NCBI GenBank assembly: GCA_963788385.1
Contig: CAWBGR010000012.1
Location: 24,843 to 88,842, forward strand
Source: an uncultured Solirubrobacterales bacterium
GTDB taxonomy: Bacteria; Actinomycetota; Thermoleophilia; Solirubrobacterales; Solirubrobacteraceae
Length of the DNA stretch: 64,000 nucleotides
Direction: 5' to 3'
Shown in pieces: positions 62,513 to 64,000 of the stretch; position 1 is the first letter of the stretch, and the number at the start of each line of letters is the position of its first letter. The position numbers and the translations under genes were made by a program. Under the pieces are notes generated by a model. It was given only the letters and a program-made list of their open reading frames with translations, ran no database searches and had not been told where the DNA came from.

Positions 62513-62874
62513 TGAGTCCCTTCAGTCTCGAAACGGCTGCCAGAGCGCGAGCAGCATACCCGTGGGCTGCGAGCAGCGCGAGAACAGCGCAAACCAGCCG
62601 CGAGGCCCCTGAGGAGCACCACAACCCCAGCCTACGTGGGCCTCGGCGGATCGCGCACGAGCGAACATAGGCCGTGTTGGGGAGAAAGATCCCCGGCGCG
62701 GATGGGAGATCCGGTCACCGGATCTTCAACGAGTTGAGCACCGCAGCGCCCGCGTGTCGCTGCCGCGTTAATCCGGGCAGGACCACGCTGTCGCTGGTCG
62801 CGCAGGGCTACACACTCGGCTGCTGGCGCCGGGGGGCTCGTGTCAGTGGCCGTCTGGTCAAGTTTTCGGTTTCG

Positions 62875-63963
62875 TCAGATGCACGCGGTGCCGCCGCACC
62901 CCGGTAGCTTCACCTTCGGCGGTACAGGCGGCTGGTGCCCGGCCGGATAGTAGAACTCGTAGCGGAGCTCGTCGAACGCCGTCAGTCCTGGCCCGACCAG
63001 CGTCCAGTCCAGCATCGGGTACTTGGTGTTATGCCCCGCTGAGTCGAAGTAGACGAACGCCTGGATGTCGTCCATCGGGCCTCCCGAGAGGATCGCGCTG
63101 GCAGCGCCTTCGAGGTAGGTCGCCTGAACCGTGCCGCTGTCCGCTGCGGTGCTCCCGGCGCCTGTTTCGCCGACCATCAGCGGCTTGCCTTGGTTTTTGG
63201 CCCATGCGTACCAGCTCCCGAACACCTGCGTGAACGACGGATCGTTGGGCGGATGGGAGTACCCGTCGGCGGCGATCCAGTCGACGTAGGGTGACCCGGG
63301 GTACCAGGCCGCCAAGCTGCCGACCCCGCCGTTTGCATCCGGGCACCACACGAAGGCGACGTTGGTCGCATCCACCGGCGGTTCGCCTTTCGGTTCCAGC
63401 TGGCCGTGGAAGATCTTCCAGATCCTGACCCAAGCCTCCTGGTAGAGCTGTGCGGGCGTCAGCGTGGGCGGACTCGGGTTCGGCGGCAACGCCGCGCAGG
63501 CCGCATGGACGCTGAGGTTCATCTCCCAGAAATAGCGCAGGAAGACCGGCTTACCAAATGCGAGTAGCCCCTTCGCGTAGTCGTAGATCACTGTGTCCTC
63601 CTTCCCAGCGACGATCGCCGCGTCCTGCCCGGCGAACGGATGCTCACCACACCCACCCCAGTCCAGCAGCGGGATAGCCCCCAAACTGGCGATCAAGTCC
63701 AGTTGGCTGGACGGCAGCGCCGTCTTGAAAGCCGAGTAGTCGTGCACGATCGCGAGCGGCCCAACCTGCTGCTGGAAACCCGTCAGCGCCGCGTCGGTCT
63801 CCCCCGAACCATTGGCTACCCAGGCCCCGCGGTAGACGCCGCGTCCCGCGCCGGGCACTCCCGGAAGATGCAACCCGGGTGCCGCTCCGGCACCCGTACC
63901 CGCTACCGCAACCAGCGCCCAGCACACGCCCGCCGTGATCGCTGCCAGCTTGAGGAGTTTCAA
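62875..63963 (-). CDS. secreted glycoside hydrolase family 26-like (beta-mannanase-type) protein
   Basis: Signal peptide. FLRYFWEMN (acid/base Glu block), FVWCP, YPGSPYVDWIAADGY, PLMVGETG (nucleophile Glu block). TTG start at 63963. Confidence 0.75.
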   Translation of the reverse strand: MKLLKLAAITAGVCWALVAVAGTGAGAAPGLHLPGVPGAGRGVYRGAWVANGSGETDAALTGFQQQVGPLAIVHDYSAFKTALPSSQLDLIASLGAIPLLDWGGCGEHPFAGQDAAIVAGKEDTVIYDYAKGLLAFGKPVFLRYFWEMNLSVHAACAALPPNPSPPTLTPAQLYQEAWVRIWKIFHGQLEPKGEPPVDATNVAFVWCPDANGGVGSLAAWYPGSPYVDWIAADGYSHPPNDPSFTQVFGSWYAWAKNQGKPLMVGETGAGSTAADSGTVQATYLEGAASAILSGGPMDDIQAFVYFDSAGHNTKYPMLDWTLVGPGLTAFDELRYEFYYPAGHQPPVPPKVKLPGCGGTACI

Positions 63964-64000
63964 CGCACCGCCACCTTCCCCTCCCGCTGATGGTACGGAT

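Noticed and set aside
62707-62725. Inverted repeat AGATCCGGT-C-ACCGGATCT between the GH26-like and M43-like genes
   Set aside because: The 9-nt arms are real, but the 1-nt spacer makes it a poor RNA terminator. It lies ~150 nt from the upstream stop and ~200 nt from the downstream start, and no adjacent regulator links to it. Noted only as a possible protein-binding site.
1-64000. Searched for mobile elements, prophage, toxin-antitoxin or known defence-system genes (restriction-modification, Cas, Abi, retron RT, CBASS-type cyclases)
   Set aside because: No transposase, integrase, recombinase, reverse-transcriptase, nuclease-helicase or cyclase motifs were recognisable in any credible ORF. 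The only compositional anomaly is the segment inside the GT39 gene, reported as a finding.

Overview
Very GC-rich (by eye about 70% or more; not computed), densely coding chromosomal segment. Gene content and composition suggest a high-GC Actinomycetota-type genome, but that is inference only. I support about 55 protein-coding genes. I see no rRNA, tRNA, CRISPR array, transposase, integrase or prophage signature.

Gene order along the window:
- aa3-type cytochrome oxidase genes: the 3' part of ctaD, ctaE, a small TM ORF and a CtaG-like assembly factor.
- A secreted protein, then a hybrid histidine kinase.
- A TetR-linked operon of a class-IV aminotransferase plus hydantoinase/oxoprolinase A/B.
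- A ferritin-like/VIT1 iron transporter.
- An envelope block: a frame-broken GT39 glycosyltransferase with an atypical-composition N-terminal segment, two membrane proteins, an acyltransferase-3/SGNH protein, a secreted protein and a second GT39.
- Dps, ketopantoate reductase, and a glutaryl-CoA-dehydrogenase-like ACAD with a family III CoA-transferase.
- A large molybdenum-cofactor block: MocA-like, XdhC, CoxE-VWA, CoxD-MoxR, Mog, MoaC, fused MoaD-MoaE, MoaA and MoeA.
- metK, a PLP decarboxylase, a GATase, pabC and fused pabAB.
- The most interesting locus (39229..44202): a TasA/camelysin-like secreted protein, an S26B (SipW/archaeal-type) signal peptidase with unusual extensions, and a 948-aa protein in which the TasA-like domain appears split by three LamG modules.
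- An MFS exporter and a DEAD-box helicase.
- A Rieske ferredoxin with a membrane His-box desaturase.
- A DUF2235 hydrolase and a 910-aa secreted protein.
- modABC, PadR, an RDD remnant, and ArsR-SRPBCC-VOC.
- A PAS-EAL phosphodiesterase preceded by a tentative c-di-GMP-I-like RNA element.
- An M43-like pseudo-metalloprotease and a GH26-like hydrolase.

Many long ORFs in the supplied track are antisense high-GC artefacts. Several real genes start well inside the longest ORF, so I trimmed starts where a conserved N-terminus, an RBS or a start/stop overlap supported it.
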